Origin: Crocosphaera subtropica ATCC 51142
GTDB lineage: Bacteria > Cyanobacteriota > Cyanobacteriia > Cyanobacteriales > Microcystaceae
Length of the DNA stretch: 32,000 bases
Assembly (NCBI RefSeq): GCF_000017845.1
Contig: NC_010546.1
Location: forward strand, 2,880,001 to 2,912,000
Direction of reading: 5' to 3'
Shown: positions 15,523-24,462 of the stretch, one piece after another
Position numbering within the stretch: position 1 is the first letter of the stretch
Layout: each line of letters opens with the position of its first letter
The notes under the pieces: generated by a model
Told to the model about the DNA's origin: nothing
The model's database searches: none
The model's input: only the letters and a program-made list of their open reading frames with translations
Translations under genes and position numbers: made by a program

Positions 15523-16074
15523 AATTTTTGAATCCAGCTTGTCTAAAATGGTTATCAAAAGTCAAAACCTCATTAATGTCTAGTTTGTGCATCACTACAA
15601 ATGAGATACAGTCAGTTAATGAATAAGATTTATCCTCATATTTTTCAAAAACATCCCATCCTTGAAAAAATAAATCCTCATCAACATGAATCAATTGAAT
15701 CTTATTACTGGTGAGTAATTTTTGACCAACTTCAACAGCTTTCTGATGCAAATAACGACTATTTAAAAAAGTCATACCAATTCTCAAAAGTAATCGGAAA
15801 CTTGGTAGGTTGGGTAAAACGATAGTGAAACCCAACAAAAGCTTATGGGTGTTGGGTTTCGTGCCTTAACCCAACCTACACTTTAAACAGGATCTCTCTA
15901 GCTATTAATGAGAAATGGTATCACAACCTAATCAAAGATATAGGAAGTTGTCACTAAGAGAATTTTCTTTTTATCTAAAGTTTGCCAACGACGTAATGTG
16001 ATTTGATGATTTTGGTCATTGGTTAGTTCTAGAGCGATGACATAACTAGCATCTAAAAAAAGCCTCGTCGTCAT
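15503..16074 (-). pseudogene. vapC: PIN-domain VapC toxin, disrupted (stop, frame change, MITE insertion, repeat-derived 3' end)
   Basis: ATG 16074 overlaps the upstream antitoxin stop (ATGA). It encodes MTTRLFLDASYVIAL...LVTTSYIFD, then an in-frame TAG at 15928..15930. A palindromic element lies at 15804..15878. The C-terminal PIN part (..SLTDCISFVVMHKLDINEVLTFDNHFRQAGF) is in another frame and runs into the repeat. Confidence 0.75.
15804..15878. mobile_element. MITE-like palindromic element inserted in vapC
   Basis: The two arms, GGTAGGTTGGGTAAAACGATAGTGAAACCCAAC and GTTGGGTTTCGTGCCTTAACCCAACCTAC, are inverted. Each contains its own GTTGGGT..ACCCAAC hairpin. Confidence 0.6.
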
Positions 16075-16346
16075 AGTGAATGATAAAGATAATCATCAAG
16101 ATTGACAGACGCATCTGTTATCGTATCTTCTACCGGATGTTTTCCCAAATCCCAAATAGGATCATTTTCAGGGTCAATGTTTTTTTCGTTTTCTTTCTGA
16201 GAATTGAGGATAATATTTTGAGCTTGTAAAGCTTGTTTTAATAGAAAAACCGCTTGTGCGTCAACAGATTGATGATTCTGTTGTGCTAACTGTTGAATTT
16301 GGCTCATCATATCATCAGGGATATGGTTTAAATTAAGTGTTGCCAT
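16071..16346 (-). CDS. ribbon-helix-helix VapB-like antitoxin (intact)
   Basis: MATLNLNHIPDDMMSQIQQLAQQNHQSVDAQAVFLLKQAL is an Arc/FitA-like RHH N-terminus. It is translationally coupled to the vapC remnant. Confidence 0.7.
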   Translation of the reverse strand: MATLNLNHIPDDMMSQIQQLAQQNHQSVDAQAVFLLKQALQAQNIILNSQKENEKNIDPENDPIWDLGKHPVEDTITDASVNLDDYLYHSL

Positions 16347-16689
16347 AATTTTTGCTTTAAAACACTATTATTAATACATATCAACAATTATTATAACATA
16401 ATTTTCTATTCTAATCCTATGATCAATTTAGCTAGAATGAGGGCAGGTTGATTTTATTTATTAATTGGTCTAATAATTAACAACAAAACTACCCCTACGC
16501 TATTAATCAATCTTTGATTACTAGAATTTTATATCTAAGTGATAGGTTTCAGGAGAAATGCGGGTACTATACAAATACCCGTAGAGGTTTTCAATGAGAT
16601 GAATAAGTATTTTTACACAAGTCGCTCTTGAATTTGTACAAAAGACTTATGTTTTGATATGAACTCTATTCATTGGAAAACCCCTATAG

Positions 16690-16766
16690 CTATAGCAGTA
16701 CAAAAAATAGTTGTCATTCCGAGGTACGAGGAATCTCTATAATCTCCTAACCATAATGCGTATTGC
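16690..16766 (+). repeat. MITE-like repeat (copy 1) directly upstream of the GT41 gene
   Basis: CTATAGCAGTACAAAAAATAGTTGTCATTCCGAGGTACGAGGAATCTCTATAATCTCCTAACCATAATGCGTATTGC matches the reverse complement of 24006..24110, which carries an extra internal insertion. Confidence 0.65.
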
Positions 16767-16812
16767 GATATCTACTCAAAACCCCGTTCACCCTGTAATG
16801 GTATCCGTAAAA

Positions 16813-19521
16813 ATGTCTATACAGTTAACTTCCTTAGAAACCGAAGCACAACAAGCTTTAAATGAACAGCAATATCAAGCGGCCATTTCCCTTTATCATC
16901 AATGTCTAGAAACGGAAAGCGATCGCCTCAATGATTATTGGTATTTAGGGTTAGCTTACTTTCTAAACCAACAAGAAGAAGAAGCGCAAGAAGCGTGGAT
17001 GATGCCTTTATTATCGGGACAGTTGGACGATCATCCTAACTGGGAACAAGCGTTAATTAGTATTTTAGACAATGCCATTGAGCGGACTTGTTCCCAAGAT
17101 AATCTTCTGATGGGAAAACGGCTACAAAAAGTAATTCAAGAGATTGACCCTGACTATCACAATCACAAGCTAACAACAGCCATAGAGACTAAAACTAAGG
17201 TTCTTTTAGAAGAAGGAATTATTGCAGCTTTTGAGAAACGTTTTCGGGATGCCAATGTTCGATTTTTAGCAATTCTACAATTAGATGACACTTTATCTGA
17301 TGTTTGGAAAAACCTTGCAATGATTTATTGTAAAACCGAAGACTATCCACAAGCTCATCGAGCGATTCAACGAGCGATCGCCTTGAAATCAGATGAGTCA
17401 TCTTATCACCATTGGCAAGGGTTAATTCTGGAAAAATTAGGCTATGTTGACTTAGGGATAACTTCCTTTAAACAGGCAATAAAACTCAATCCTAAGAATT
17501 TAGATGCTTATGCTAGTTTAGGACTAATTTTGACAAAACAAGGAAAAATTGCTGAAGCAGAAGCAACTTATTTACAGGCGATCGCCAACTTTCCTGAGCA
17601 TTATGGTTGTTATTTGAATTTAGCTAATCTTTTATTAGACCAGGCCAAAGACGAAAATCACTGTCCACCGAGGAGATTTGAAGATATTATTCGTTTTTAT
17701 CAGAAAGTTCTAGAATTTTATGAAAATCATAGTTTTGCTTTATTAGGATTAGCAGAAGTTTATCAGTTAGCCCAGAACGAAGAAGAAGCGTTATGGTATT
17801 TTGCTAGTTCAGCTTATTATTCTGCTGAATATGAATCTGCTGTTGAATATTACACAAAATATATCGATAAAAACCCGAATAATGTCACCGCTTACTCTAA
17901 TTTATTAACAACGTATGAGAAGTTAAGAGACTACGATCAAGCCATTGAGATTGGAGAAAAGAGTCTCCAACAGTTTCCCACAAATAGAGGATTATATAAG
18001 CTTTTGATCTATCTCTACCATACTTTAGGAGATATTGAGTCTGCTTCAGCAATTGTTGCTAGGGCTGAAAAAGCCATACCTAATGATGCTTTTATTCAAA
18101 GACTAAAACAATGGTTGTTGCCCATTACTTATAACACAACCGAAGAAATTGAGCTTTATCGTCAGCGTTTTACTGATTATCTCCATCAATTAATCGATAA
18201 TTCAGGGATTGATCAACCAGAAACCTTGACCCAAGACAAAATTGCTCAACTAACCAATTCTTTAGCTGAACAAACTAATTTTTATTTACAATATCAAGGG
18301 AAAAATGATAAGCCTTTACAGCAAAAGTACGGTGAATATGCTCACAAAGTCTTGAGCTTAAAGTTTCCTCATTTTGTTCAACCCCGATCCTTAGAACCTG
18401 GTTTACCTGATCGCAAAATCAGAGTTGGCTATGTGTCAGCCTGTATGTATCATCACACCGTTGGGACTTTATTTTTAGGTTGGCTAAAACAAGCGAATCG
18501 CGATAAGTTTAGCATTCATAGTTATGCTATCAATGGTAAGACCGATGCAAAAACCCAGAAATACAGCCTTTACAGTGATACGTTTGACCATATACCCACC
18601 AATAATGATCTCACCAAGATTGCAGAAACTATTCTCAACGATAAGTTAGATATCCTAGTCTTTCCTGATGTGGGTATGGTTCCCATGATGACTTTATTAG
18701 CAGGGTTGAGATTAGCTCCTATTCAATGTGTGGCTTGGGGACATCCTATTACTACCGGTTCTCCGACAATGGATTACTTTTTAACCTCTGATTGGATGGA
18801 AGCTGAGAATGGAGAAGATCACTATACGGAAAAGTTAATTAGGCTACCTAATATTAGTATTCCTTACGAAATGCCTCGTTTGCCTAAAGTATCTGATCCC
18901 AGAAGTAAGTTTAATCTCTCTAATTCTGCCGTTGTTTATCTATCCTGTCAGTCTATTTATAAATATCTACCCCAATACGACTATATTTTTGCTCGTATTG
19001 CTTCAGAAGTTCCTAACGCTCAATTTGCCTTTTTAGAATCCAACAATAGTCCTAAAATCACTGAGCAGTTTTCTAATCGTCTGAAACGTGCCTTTGCTGA
19101 AGTTGGTCTGAATAGTGAAGACTACTGTGTTATTCTGCCTCGCTTAAGTCATGATGAGTATCTCTCAGTGAACTTAGTTTCTGATGTTTTCCTAGATACC
19201 TTGAGTTGGTCAGGAGGTAATACCACTTTAGAAGCACTGGCCTGTAATTTACCCGTTGTGACTTGTCCAGGAGAGTTTATGCGAGGTCGTCATGCTTACG
19301 CTATCTTAAAAACCCTAGGAGTTGAAGAAACCATTACTCACTCAGAAGAAGACTATATTGCTATGGCGGTTAAGCTAGGACATGATCCCCAATGGCGACA
19401 GGAACTGAAAGCAAAAATTAGAGCTAATCATCATCGACTTTATGAAGATCAAATAGCTGTTGATGCTTTAGAACGTTTCTATGAGCAAGCAGTCAAGGAT
19501 TTTCAAGCTTTGCAAGCTTAA
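16813..19521 (+). CDS. TPR-repeat protein with C-terminal SPINDLY/OGT-like (GT41) glycosyltransferase domain
   Basis: The N-terminal half has multiple TPR-like repeats (AYASLGLILTKQGKIAEAEATYLQAI etc). The C-terminal half has KIRVGYVS...LDILVFPDVGM...WGHPITTGSPTMDYFLTSD...LDTLSWSGGNTTLEALACNLPVVTCPG, typical of COG3914-type O-GlcNAc-transferase-like proteins. I set the start at ATG 16813 because the upstream track codons lie in the MITE. Confidence 0.85.
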   Translation: MSIQLTSLETEAQQALNEQQYQAAISLYHQCLETESDRLNDYWYLGLAYFLNQQEEEAQEAWMMPLLSGQLDDHPNWEQALISILDNAIERTCSQDNLLMGKRLQKVIQEIDPDYHNHKLTTAIETKTKVLLEEGIIAAFEKRFRDANVRFLAILQLDDTLSDVWKNLAMIYCKTEDYPQAHRAIQRAIALKSDESSYHHWQGLILEKLGYVDLGITSFKQAIKLNPKNLDAYASLGLILTKQGKIAEAEATYLQAIANFPEHYGCYLNLANLLLDQAKDENHCPPRRFEDIIRFYQKVLEFYENHSFALLGLAEVYQLAQNEEEALWYFASSAYYSAEYESAVEYYTKYIDKNPNNVTAYSNLLTTYEKLRDYDQAIEIGEKSLQQFPTNRGLYKLLIYLYHTLGDIESASAIVARAEKAIPNDAFIQRLKQWLLPITYNTTEEIELYRQRFTDYLHQLIDNSGIDQPETLTQDKIAQLTNSLAEQTNFYLQYQGKNDKPLQQKYGEYAHKVLSLKFPHFVQPRSLEPGLPDRKIRVGYVSACMYHHTVGTLFLGWLKQANRDKFSIHSYAINGKTDAKTQKYSLYSDTFDHIPTNNDLTKIAETILNDKLDILVFPDVGMVPMMTLLAGLRLAPIQCVAWGHPITTGSPTMDYFLTSDWMEAENGEDHYTEKLIRLPNISIPYEMPRLPKVSDPRSKFNLSNSAVVYLSCQSIYKYLPQYDYIFARIASEVPNAQFAFLESNNSPKITEQFSNRLKRAFAEVGLNSEDYCVILPRLSHDEYLSVNLVSDVFLDTLSWSGGNTTLEALACNLPVVTCPGEFMRGRHAYAILKTLGVEETITHSEEDYIAMAVKLGHDPQWRQELKAKIRANHHRLYEDQIAVDALERFYEQAVKDFQALQA

Positions 19522-19582
19522 ATTTTTCAAGTCTATTCTTGAGAGACTTCTATCTTTAATTAACCCTTCATGGAGAAAACAA

Positions 19583-20233
19583 ATGACACAAAATCTTAAC
19601 ACTCAATCAAATAACTTAATAACTCAAGATTACCAATTTACGCAAACTTGGTTTTTAAATGTTTGTCAATATTGGCCAGAGTTGTTTAGTCGCCTTGGTT
19701 GGAATAGTAAAGAACCTAAAATGATTCTCGAAATTGGGTGTTTTGAAGGTCAAGCAACTTGCTGGATGTTAGAAAACTTAATTGATAACGAAAATTCACA
19801 AATCTTTTGTTTAGACATTTTTGAAGTACCAGAAGAAGAACAAACAGGACAGTATAAATATGACTTGAAAGATTTATTTCAGCGATTTATTCACAATGTT
19901 AGTGTCACTGGTAAAGAAGATTTAGTACAAGTTTTAGTAGGAGATTCTAAGTATAACTTGAGTCAATTAGTTTCTCATGAACTCAGTTTTGACTTTATTT
20001 ATGTAGATGGTTCTCACGACGCTAAAGATGTTTTAGCAGATGCTATTTTAGGTTGGATGTTGCTAAAAAAAGGTGGTCTGATGATTTTTGATGATTATTT
20101 ATGGGAATTTTTTGAACAAGATATTGTCTCAGCACCCAAAATGGGAATAGATAGTTTTATTAACTGCTATTCTAGAGAAATACGCATTATTAGAACTCCT
20201 CAAAACTATCAAGTTTGTTTACTAAAAAAATAA
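19583..20233 (+). CDS. class I SAM-dependent methyltransferase
   Basis: It has ILEIGCFEGQATCWM (motif I) and DFIYVDGSHDAKDVLADAILGWMLLKKGGLMIFDDY. A GGAG lies 8 nt upstream of ATG 19583. Confidence 0.8.
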   Translation: MTQNLNTQSNNLITQDYQFTQTWFLNVCQYWPELFSRLGWNSKEPKMILEIGCFEGQATCWMLENLIDNENSQIFCLDIFEVPEEEQTGQYKYDLKDLFQRFIHNVSVTGKEDLVQVLVGDSKYNLSQLVSHELSFDFIYVDGSHDAKDVLADAILGWMLLKKGGLMIFDDYLWEFFEQDIVSAPKMGIDSFINCYSREIRIIRTPQNYQVCLLKK

Positions 20234-20316
20234 GGAGGTTTCAGGGGAAAGAATTATTATAAAATCTCAAAAACTAAATTCTTTGATAACCCAGTATACA
20301 AGGAAATAAAAATAAA

Positions 20317-21501
20317 ATGCGAGTATCTATCGTAACAGCAACAACAGGAAATCCATTACTTAAACAGGCTATTGAGAGTGTTCAAGCACAAGATTATGAC
20401 AATCTTGAACACATCATCGTTATTGATGGTAAAGAACGAGAGGAAGCAGCGAATCAAGTTTTAAGTAGTGTCACATTCACTAAACCATATCACATCCTAA
20501 CTTTACCTTATCCTACAGGCTTAGATGGTTATGTATGTCATAGAATTTATGGTGCATCAGCTTATTTAGTGAATGGGGATTATATTGTATTTCTTGATGA
20601 TGATAATTGGTTTGAACCTTATCATATTTCTTCTTTGGTAGACTTAGTTTATAGTAAAAATTTAGATTGGGCTTACGCTCTACGTAATATCGTCAATTCT
20701 GATGGAGAGTTTATTACACAAGATAATTGTGAAAGCCTAGGAAAAGATCGAGTTTTTACTGATTATCATCATGTTGATACTAATTGTTACTTTATTAGAA
20801 AGGATATTGCCGTTAAACTTTCTCCTACTTGGCACAAGAGATACCGAGAGTCAGGTCTTAATGCAGATATGATTTTATGCGATAACTTATTAAGGTATTT
20901 TCCTAACTGTGACACAAATGGTTTATATTCAGTCAACTATAGAACTGATGCCACAGAAAAATCGGTTAAAAGTTCATTTTTTCTCTATGGTAATTCTTTA
21001 GTGAAAAGTCAATTGCCTGATGGATATCCTTGGCGAAAAGAATTACCAAATTATCAGGAGGAACTAAAAGATAACTTACAATTAAGAGAAATAAACTTAA
21101 TTACTTTCCCTGATTGGAAAATTAATGACTCTGAGTTGCTAAAAGAAGACTTAAACAGTATTATCAAGACTATTTTGAATCATCCTGAAAAAACAAAGAT
21201 AAACTTATTAATTTTTGTTCCAGAGTCTTTGAGAGAAGAAGTAGAAGTATTTCTCTGGGATTTAATGCTGAGTTTTATGGAAGATAATCAACTAGAATCA
21301 GATTTACCAGAAATCACTTTAGTTTCTGAAATGAGTCCTGTTCGTTGGTCATATTTAATAACTTTTCTTAGTGGCTATGTGAAAATCAACCATCAAGATA
21401 CTAACGTACTTTCTCAAACAGTTCAAGATAAACTAAACGCTTTAAGCCCTGAAGAAATTAGCAAAAACAAACTCAGTGATGTACAAATAGTTACTATCTA
21501 A
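20317..21501 (+). CDS. family 2 glycosyltransferase with uncharacterised C-terminal domain
   Basis: VSIVTATTGNPLLKQAIESVQAQDYDNLEHIIVIDG and FLDDDNWFEP (DxD) form a GT-A/GT2 N-terminal domain. I do not recognise the last ~160 aa. Confidence 0.8.
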   Translation: MRVSIVTATTGNPLLKQAIESVQAQDYDNLEHIIVIDGKEREEAANQVLSSVTFTKPYHILTLPYPTGLDGYVCHRIYGASAYLVNGDYIVFLDDDNWFEPYHISSLVDLVYSKNLDWAYALRNIVNSDGEFITQDNCESLGKDRVFTDYHHVDTNCYFIRKDIAVKLSPTWHKRYRESGLNADMILCDNLLRYFPNCDTNGLYSVNYRTDATEKSVKSSFFLYGNSLVKSQLPDGYPWRKELPNYQEELKDNLQLREINLITFPDWKINDSELLKEDLNSIIKTILNHPEKTKINLLIFVPESLREEVEVFLWDLMLSFMEDNQLESDLPEITLVSEMSPVRWSYLITFLSGYVKINHQDTNVLSQTVQDKLNALSPEEISKNKLSDVQIVTI

Positions 21502-21622
21502 AATGCTGATATTAGAATTTGGCACCAGCTAAAAGAACAATTCATTTGTTCTTTAGAGGCAGGAAATGTCATGTCTGGGGGAACAGAAAAGCGATCGCTT
21601 TTAGTTTAGGGAACAACAACTG

Positions 21623-21652
21623 TTGACAGCTACAGTTTTATAGATTTAAGAT
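21623..21652 (+). promoter_or_regulatory. candidate sigma70-type promoter for the PIN/partner pair
   Basis: TTGACA (21623..21628), an 18-nt spacer, then TAAGAT (21647..21652), about 30 nt upstream of ATG 21683. Confidence 0.25.
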
Positions 21653-21682
21653 AATAAGAGATAAAAATATGTTAAGTGACTC

Positions 21683-22152
21683 ATGAAAGTTTGTCTTGAT
21701 GTTTGCTGTCTTAATCGCCCGTTGGATGATTTGACACAGGAAAGAATTAAACTAGAAGCAGAAGCAATTAATATGATTCTCAATTACTGCACAAATAGAT
21801 TATTAATTTTAATTAATAGTGATGCCATTGAATTTGAAATAAGCAAGAATATTGATAATTTTAAGATAGAACAGGTAAAAATATATTATCATTAGCCAGT
21901 ATTTACATTAATTCAAATGAAAGAATTAAACCAAGAGCGAAAGATTTAATGAAGCTAAATTTTAAATTCTATGACGCATTACACCTTGCCTTTGCTGAAG
22001 TAGCAGAAGCAGATATTTTCCTAACAACAGATGATCGCTTATTCCGCAGAGCCAAACAACATAGTAGTATAATTAAGATACCAGTGGATAATCCGGTAAG
22101 TTGGTTAATCAATCTTTTACAATTGCAGGGAGATAGTAATGAAATTAAGTGA
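21683..22152 (+). pseudogene. PIN-domain toxin split by a frameshift
   Basis: The N-terminal part (MKVCLDVCCLNRPLDDLTQERIKLEAEA...) ends at 21895. The C-terminal part (..DALHLAFAEVAEADIFLTTDDRL) is in another frame that is open from 21865. The frames overlap around an A-run at 21876..21880. Confidence 0.7.
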
Positions 22153-22333
22153 ACTTAGACAGCAAGGTTATCAAGCTTTGATTGAAGCTTTAGGAGTAGT
22201 AGGAGCCATTAAATTTTTACAACAACTAGAAGTAGGTTATGGTGATTATACAAAAGAACGCCATCAATGGTTAGATAAGTTGAATTTTGAAGACTTTGAG
22301 AGATTTCTTGAACAAAAAAAGATTGAATCTTAA
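22139..22333 (+). CDS. small helical protein, putative cognate antitoxin of the PIN gene
   Basis: The 64-aa ORF overlaps the PIN 3' end by 14 nt. No family recognised. Confidence 0.45.
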   Translation: MKLSELRQQGYQALIEALGVVGAIKFLQQLEVGYGDYTKERHQWLDKLNFEDFERFLEQKKIES

Positions 22334-22580
22334 ACTCTAATTTATTCAGCAAAGAAAATGATAAAGTTAAATTTTTCCATTTATTTTTTAGGGAAATAAA
22401 ATGCAATTTCTGGAGGATTTAATGAGATCAAGTCTGTTGATAGTTGCTTATCGAGTTTGTTCTCTGGAGGTATGAAATGGAATCTTTGGGAGATAGAAAG
22501 GCGATCGCTTTAATTGGAGATGGTTGTTTTCTCCTATGCTAAAATTAATGTTAGTTGCGACATCAAAATAGACATCAAAA

Positions 22581-22856
22581 ATGGTGAAAAAATCTCTAAT
22601 CCGTACCACAGTAACTTTACCTAAAAGTCTGCTAGAAGAAACTGATATAAGAGTCAAAGAAGGTAAAGCTAAAAATCGCAATGATTTCATTGCATTAGCC
22701 TTACAGAAAGAATTAGAACAGCTAAAAAGAGAAGAAATTGACAGTCTATTAGCAGAAATGACTCAAGATCCTGAGTACCAATCCCAAGTATTGCAAATGG
22801 AAGCCGAATTTGCTGGAGGAAGTTGGGAAGCTTGGGAGATAGGGGAACAATCTTAA
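22581..22856 (+). CDS. ribbon-helix-helix (CopG/MazE-like) antitoxin
   Basis: The RHH is IRTTVTLPKSLLEETDIRVKEGKAKNRNDFIALALQKEL. Its stop overlaps the mazF start (TAATG). Confidence 0.75.
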   Translation: MVKKSLIRTTVTLPKSLLEETDIRVKEGKAKNRNDFIALALQKELEQLKREEIDSLLAEMTQDPEYQSQVLQMEAEFAGGSWEAWEIGEQS

Positions 22857-23197
22857 TGCAACGAGGACAAATTTATGATGCTCGTCTCGAACCCATCGAA
22901 GGTTCTGAACAAGGAGGAACTCGCCCCGTCATTATCGTTAGTCGTGATGGGATTAATGCCTATAGTCCCGTGGTGTTAGCTGTTCCTTGCACAACCTATC
23001 GAGACAATAAACGAGTTTATCCGACACAAGTGTTAATCAGAGCCGGAGAAGGTGGGTTAACTAATGATTCTATCGCTATGGCAGATCAAGTTAGAGTATT
23101 ATCAAAAACCCGTTTTTTACGTCTGAGAGGAACCCTCAAATCTGAGACAATTAAGCAATTAAATCAAGCTTTATCAATTGCTTTAGATTTAATTTAA
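22856..23197 (+). CDS. mazF: MazF/PemK-family endoribonuclease toxin
   Basis: MQRGQIYDARLEPIEGSEQGGTRPVIIVSRDGIN...PCTT...YPTQVLI...GGLTNDSIAMADQVRVLSKTRF is the canonical PemK signature. Confidence 0.9.
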   Translation: MQRGQIYDARLEPIEGSEQGGTRPVIIVSRDGINAYSPVVLAVPCTTYRDNKRVYPTQVLIRAGEGGLTNDSIAMADQVRVLSKTRFLRLRGTLKSETIKQLNQALSIALDLI

Positions 23198-23215
23198 TCT
23201 CATCATCAAGGGATA

Positions 23216-23342
23216 AAAAGAGACTTAAGCTGTCATTGCGAGGGAGAATAAAAACAGTAAGTATTAATTATGACTGAAAAACCCCGAAGCCGAAGCCGCG
23301 AGGAGCAACAGCGAACGACATCTCATGACTAATTAGGTAATA
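23216..23342. repeat. dispersed ~130-bp repeat (copy 2 of 2)
   Basis: See 15369..15522. It starts 19 nt after the mazF stop. Confidence 0.75.
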
Positions 23343-23367
23343 GGTAAATAAGATTATTTTTGATCAC

Positions 23368-23407
23368 GTCCCCTTGACGGACTTTAGGGGACTGCTTTTA
23401 TTTTATT
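23368..23407 (+). terminator. terminator-like hairpin module (copy 2 of 2)
   Basis: The GTCCCCT...AGGGGAC stem is followed by TGCTTTTATTTTATT, downstream of mazEF. Confidence 0.5.
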
Positions 23408-23408
23408 G

Positions 23409-23480
23409 ACTAATTGGGTATAATTCCCTTGATTTCAGCTTTTTCTCTAAAATTGCCTAAAATATCATCATCAATAACGC
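23409..23480 (-). pseudogene. internal fragment of a BrnA-type antitoxin gene
   Basis: The minus strand encodes ..VIDDDILGNFREKAEIKGI.., similar to ITIYLDDDILANFRDR.AETKGIGYQ of the remnant at 24190..24378. There is no start codon. Confidence 0.45.
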
Positions 23481-23558
23481 TACTGGAAAGATTAGGGTAA
23501 AATAGAAAAGAAAATTTGCATGATTCGAGATTAGCCTTCTAGTATATTAGGAGAATAA

Positions 23559-23777
23559 ATGATGTCAATCTTAAAATTTACGGCTAAAGTTAATCAAGGT
23601 AAAATTGAAATTCCTGATGAGTATTTAAAAGACTTAGAAGAAGCACAAACAGTGGAAATTAAGATTAATAAACCAGCTAAAACCGCTGCTGTGGGGATCA
23701 TTGGCGAATTGATTAAAAATCCTTTAGATTGTGATAATGGAATTCCTCTAACGAGAGAGAAAACCCATGAACGCTAA
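23559..23777 (+). CDS. putative VapB-type antitoxin
   Basis: The 72-aa ORF (KFTAKVNQGKIEIPDEYLKDLEE..) overlaps by 11 nt the start of a PIN N-terminal fragment. Confidence 0.55.
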   Translation: MMSILKFTAKVNQGKIEIPDEYLKDLEEAQTVEIKINKPAKTAAVGIIGELIKNPLDCDNGIPLTREKTHER

Positions 23778-23937
23778 TGCTTCTTGTTTTTTGGATACTA
23801 ATATTTGGCTGTATGCTTTTCTGAAGAAAGCTGATCAAGCAAAGGCAAAAATTGCTAAATCCTTAATTGAGCGTGAAGAAATAGTAATTAGCATTCAAGT
23901 CATTAATGAAGTATGTGTTAACTTAAACGATTATTAA
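23767..23937 (+). pseudogene. vapC: 3'-truncated PIN-domain (VapC) toxin, 56 codons
   Basis: MNANASCFLDTNIWLYAFLKKADQAKAKIAKSLIEREEIVISIQVINEVCVNL is a PIN N-terminus (FLDTN, INE). It stops after 56 codons, just upstream of the MITE at 24006. Confidence 0.65.
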
Positions 23938-24005
23938 TCCGTTTGTTTAGATGAGACTAAATAAATTCTATTAATTTAAAATAAGTTTTTATCTAATTAA
24001 CTATG

Positions 24006-24110
24006 GCACTACTCATTATGGTTAGGACGTTACGGAGATTCCTCGTTTCCTCGGAATGACAATTGAATATACAAATAATGGCTTAACTAATTTGTGTACT
24101 GCTATATCTG
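24006..24110 (-). repeat. MITE-like repeat (copy 2, inverted)
   Basis: Its reverse complement matches 16690..16766 (GTCATTCCGAGGAAACGAGGAATCTCC...CCTAACCATAATGAGTAGTGC). Confidence 0.65.
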
Positions 24111-24189
24111 TATTTAGGAAAGTTAAACAAAAAGCGATCGCTTCTCAAGGGATTCAAGGTGCGATGTCTGAATAAGAAGTGTGATCGCT

Positions 24190-24378
24190 CAGAAGAAGAT
24201 TGAATATGTTGCTTTAAAACATCATTAATTAGGGTTTGATAGCCAATTCCTTTTGTTTCAGCCTGTCTCTAAAGTTGGCTAAAATATCATCATCGAGATA
24301 AATAGTAATGGGTGTTTTTCCCGTCGATGGAATAATTGCACCTCGTTTCCCTTTAGAAAAATCATATTCAGGTCTCAT
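24190..24378 (-). pseudogene. BrnA-type antitoxin with frameshift
   Basis: MRPEYDFSKGKRGAIIPSTGKTPITIYLDDDILANFRDR is followed by a frame change near 24258..24270. AETKGIGYQTLINDVLKQHIQ then continues in another frame. The lower boundary is approximate. Confidence 0.65.
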
Positions 24379-24462
24379 AAGTTTTTCTCTCCTGTTTTGT
24401 AGCACGACGAGCCGAAATCAATCGAATTATGTTACCCCGCAGGGTATAAACAACTACTAATA
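24368..24462 (-). pseudogene. C-terminal remnant of a BrnT toxin gene
   Basis: The minus strand encodes ..LLVVVYTLRGNIIRLISARRATKQERKTYET*. Compare [29 protein letters not shown] at 8398..8685. The 5' part is replaced at ~24462. Confidence 0.6.

Noticed and set aside
8196-16346. Integron-like cassette array (small genes separated by hairpin repeats)
   Set aside because: Cassettes are in both orientations. There is no integrase and no consistent attC-like element at every junction. The repeats belong to several unrelated families.
16711-16812. N-terminal 34 codons of the 936-aa track ORF (MSFRGTRNLYNLL...)
   Set aside because: This part is the MITE-like repeat (16690..16766) read in frame. 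The start was moved to ATG 16813 (16798 is also possible).
22209-22690. Minus-strand ORFs 22209..22406 and 22448..22690
   Set aside because: They are antisense to, or overlap, better-supported plus-strand TA genes. The sequence is AT-rich with no motifs, and the region contains HIP1-centred hairpins (AAAGGCGATCGCTTT).
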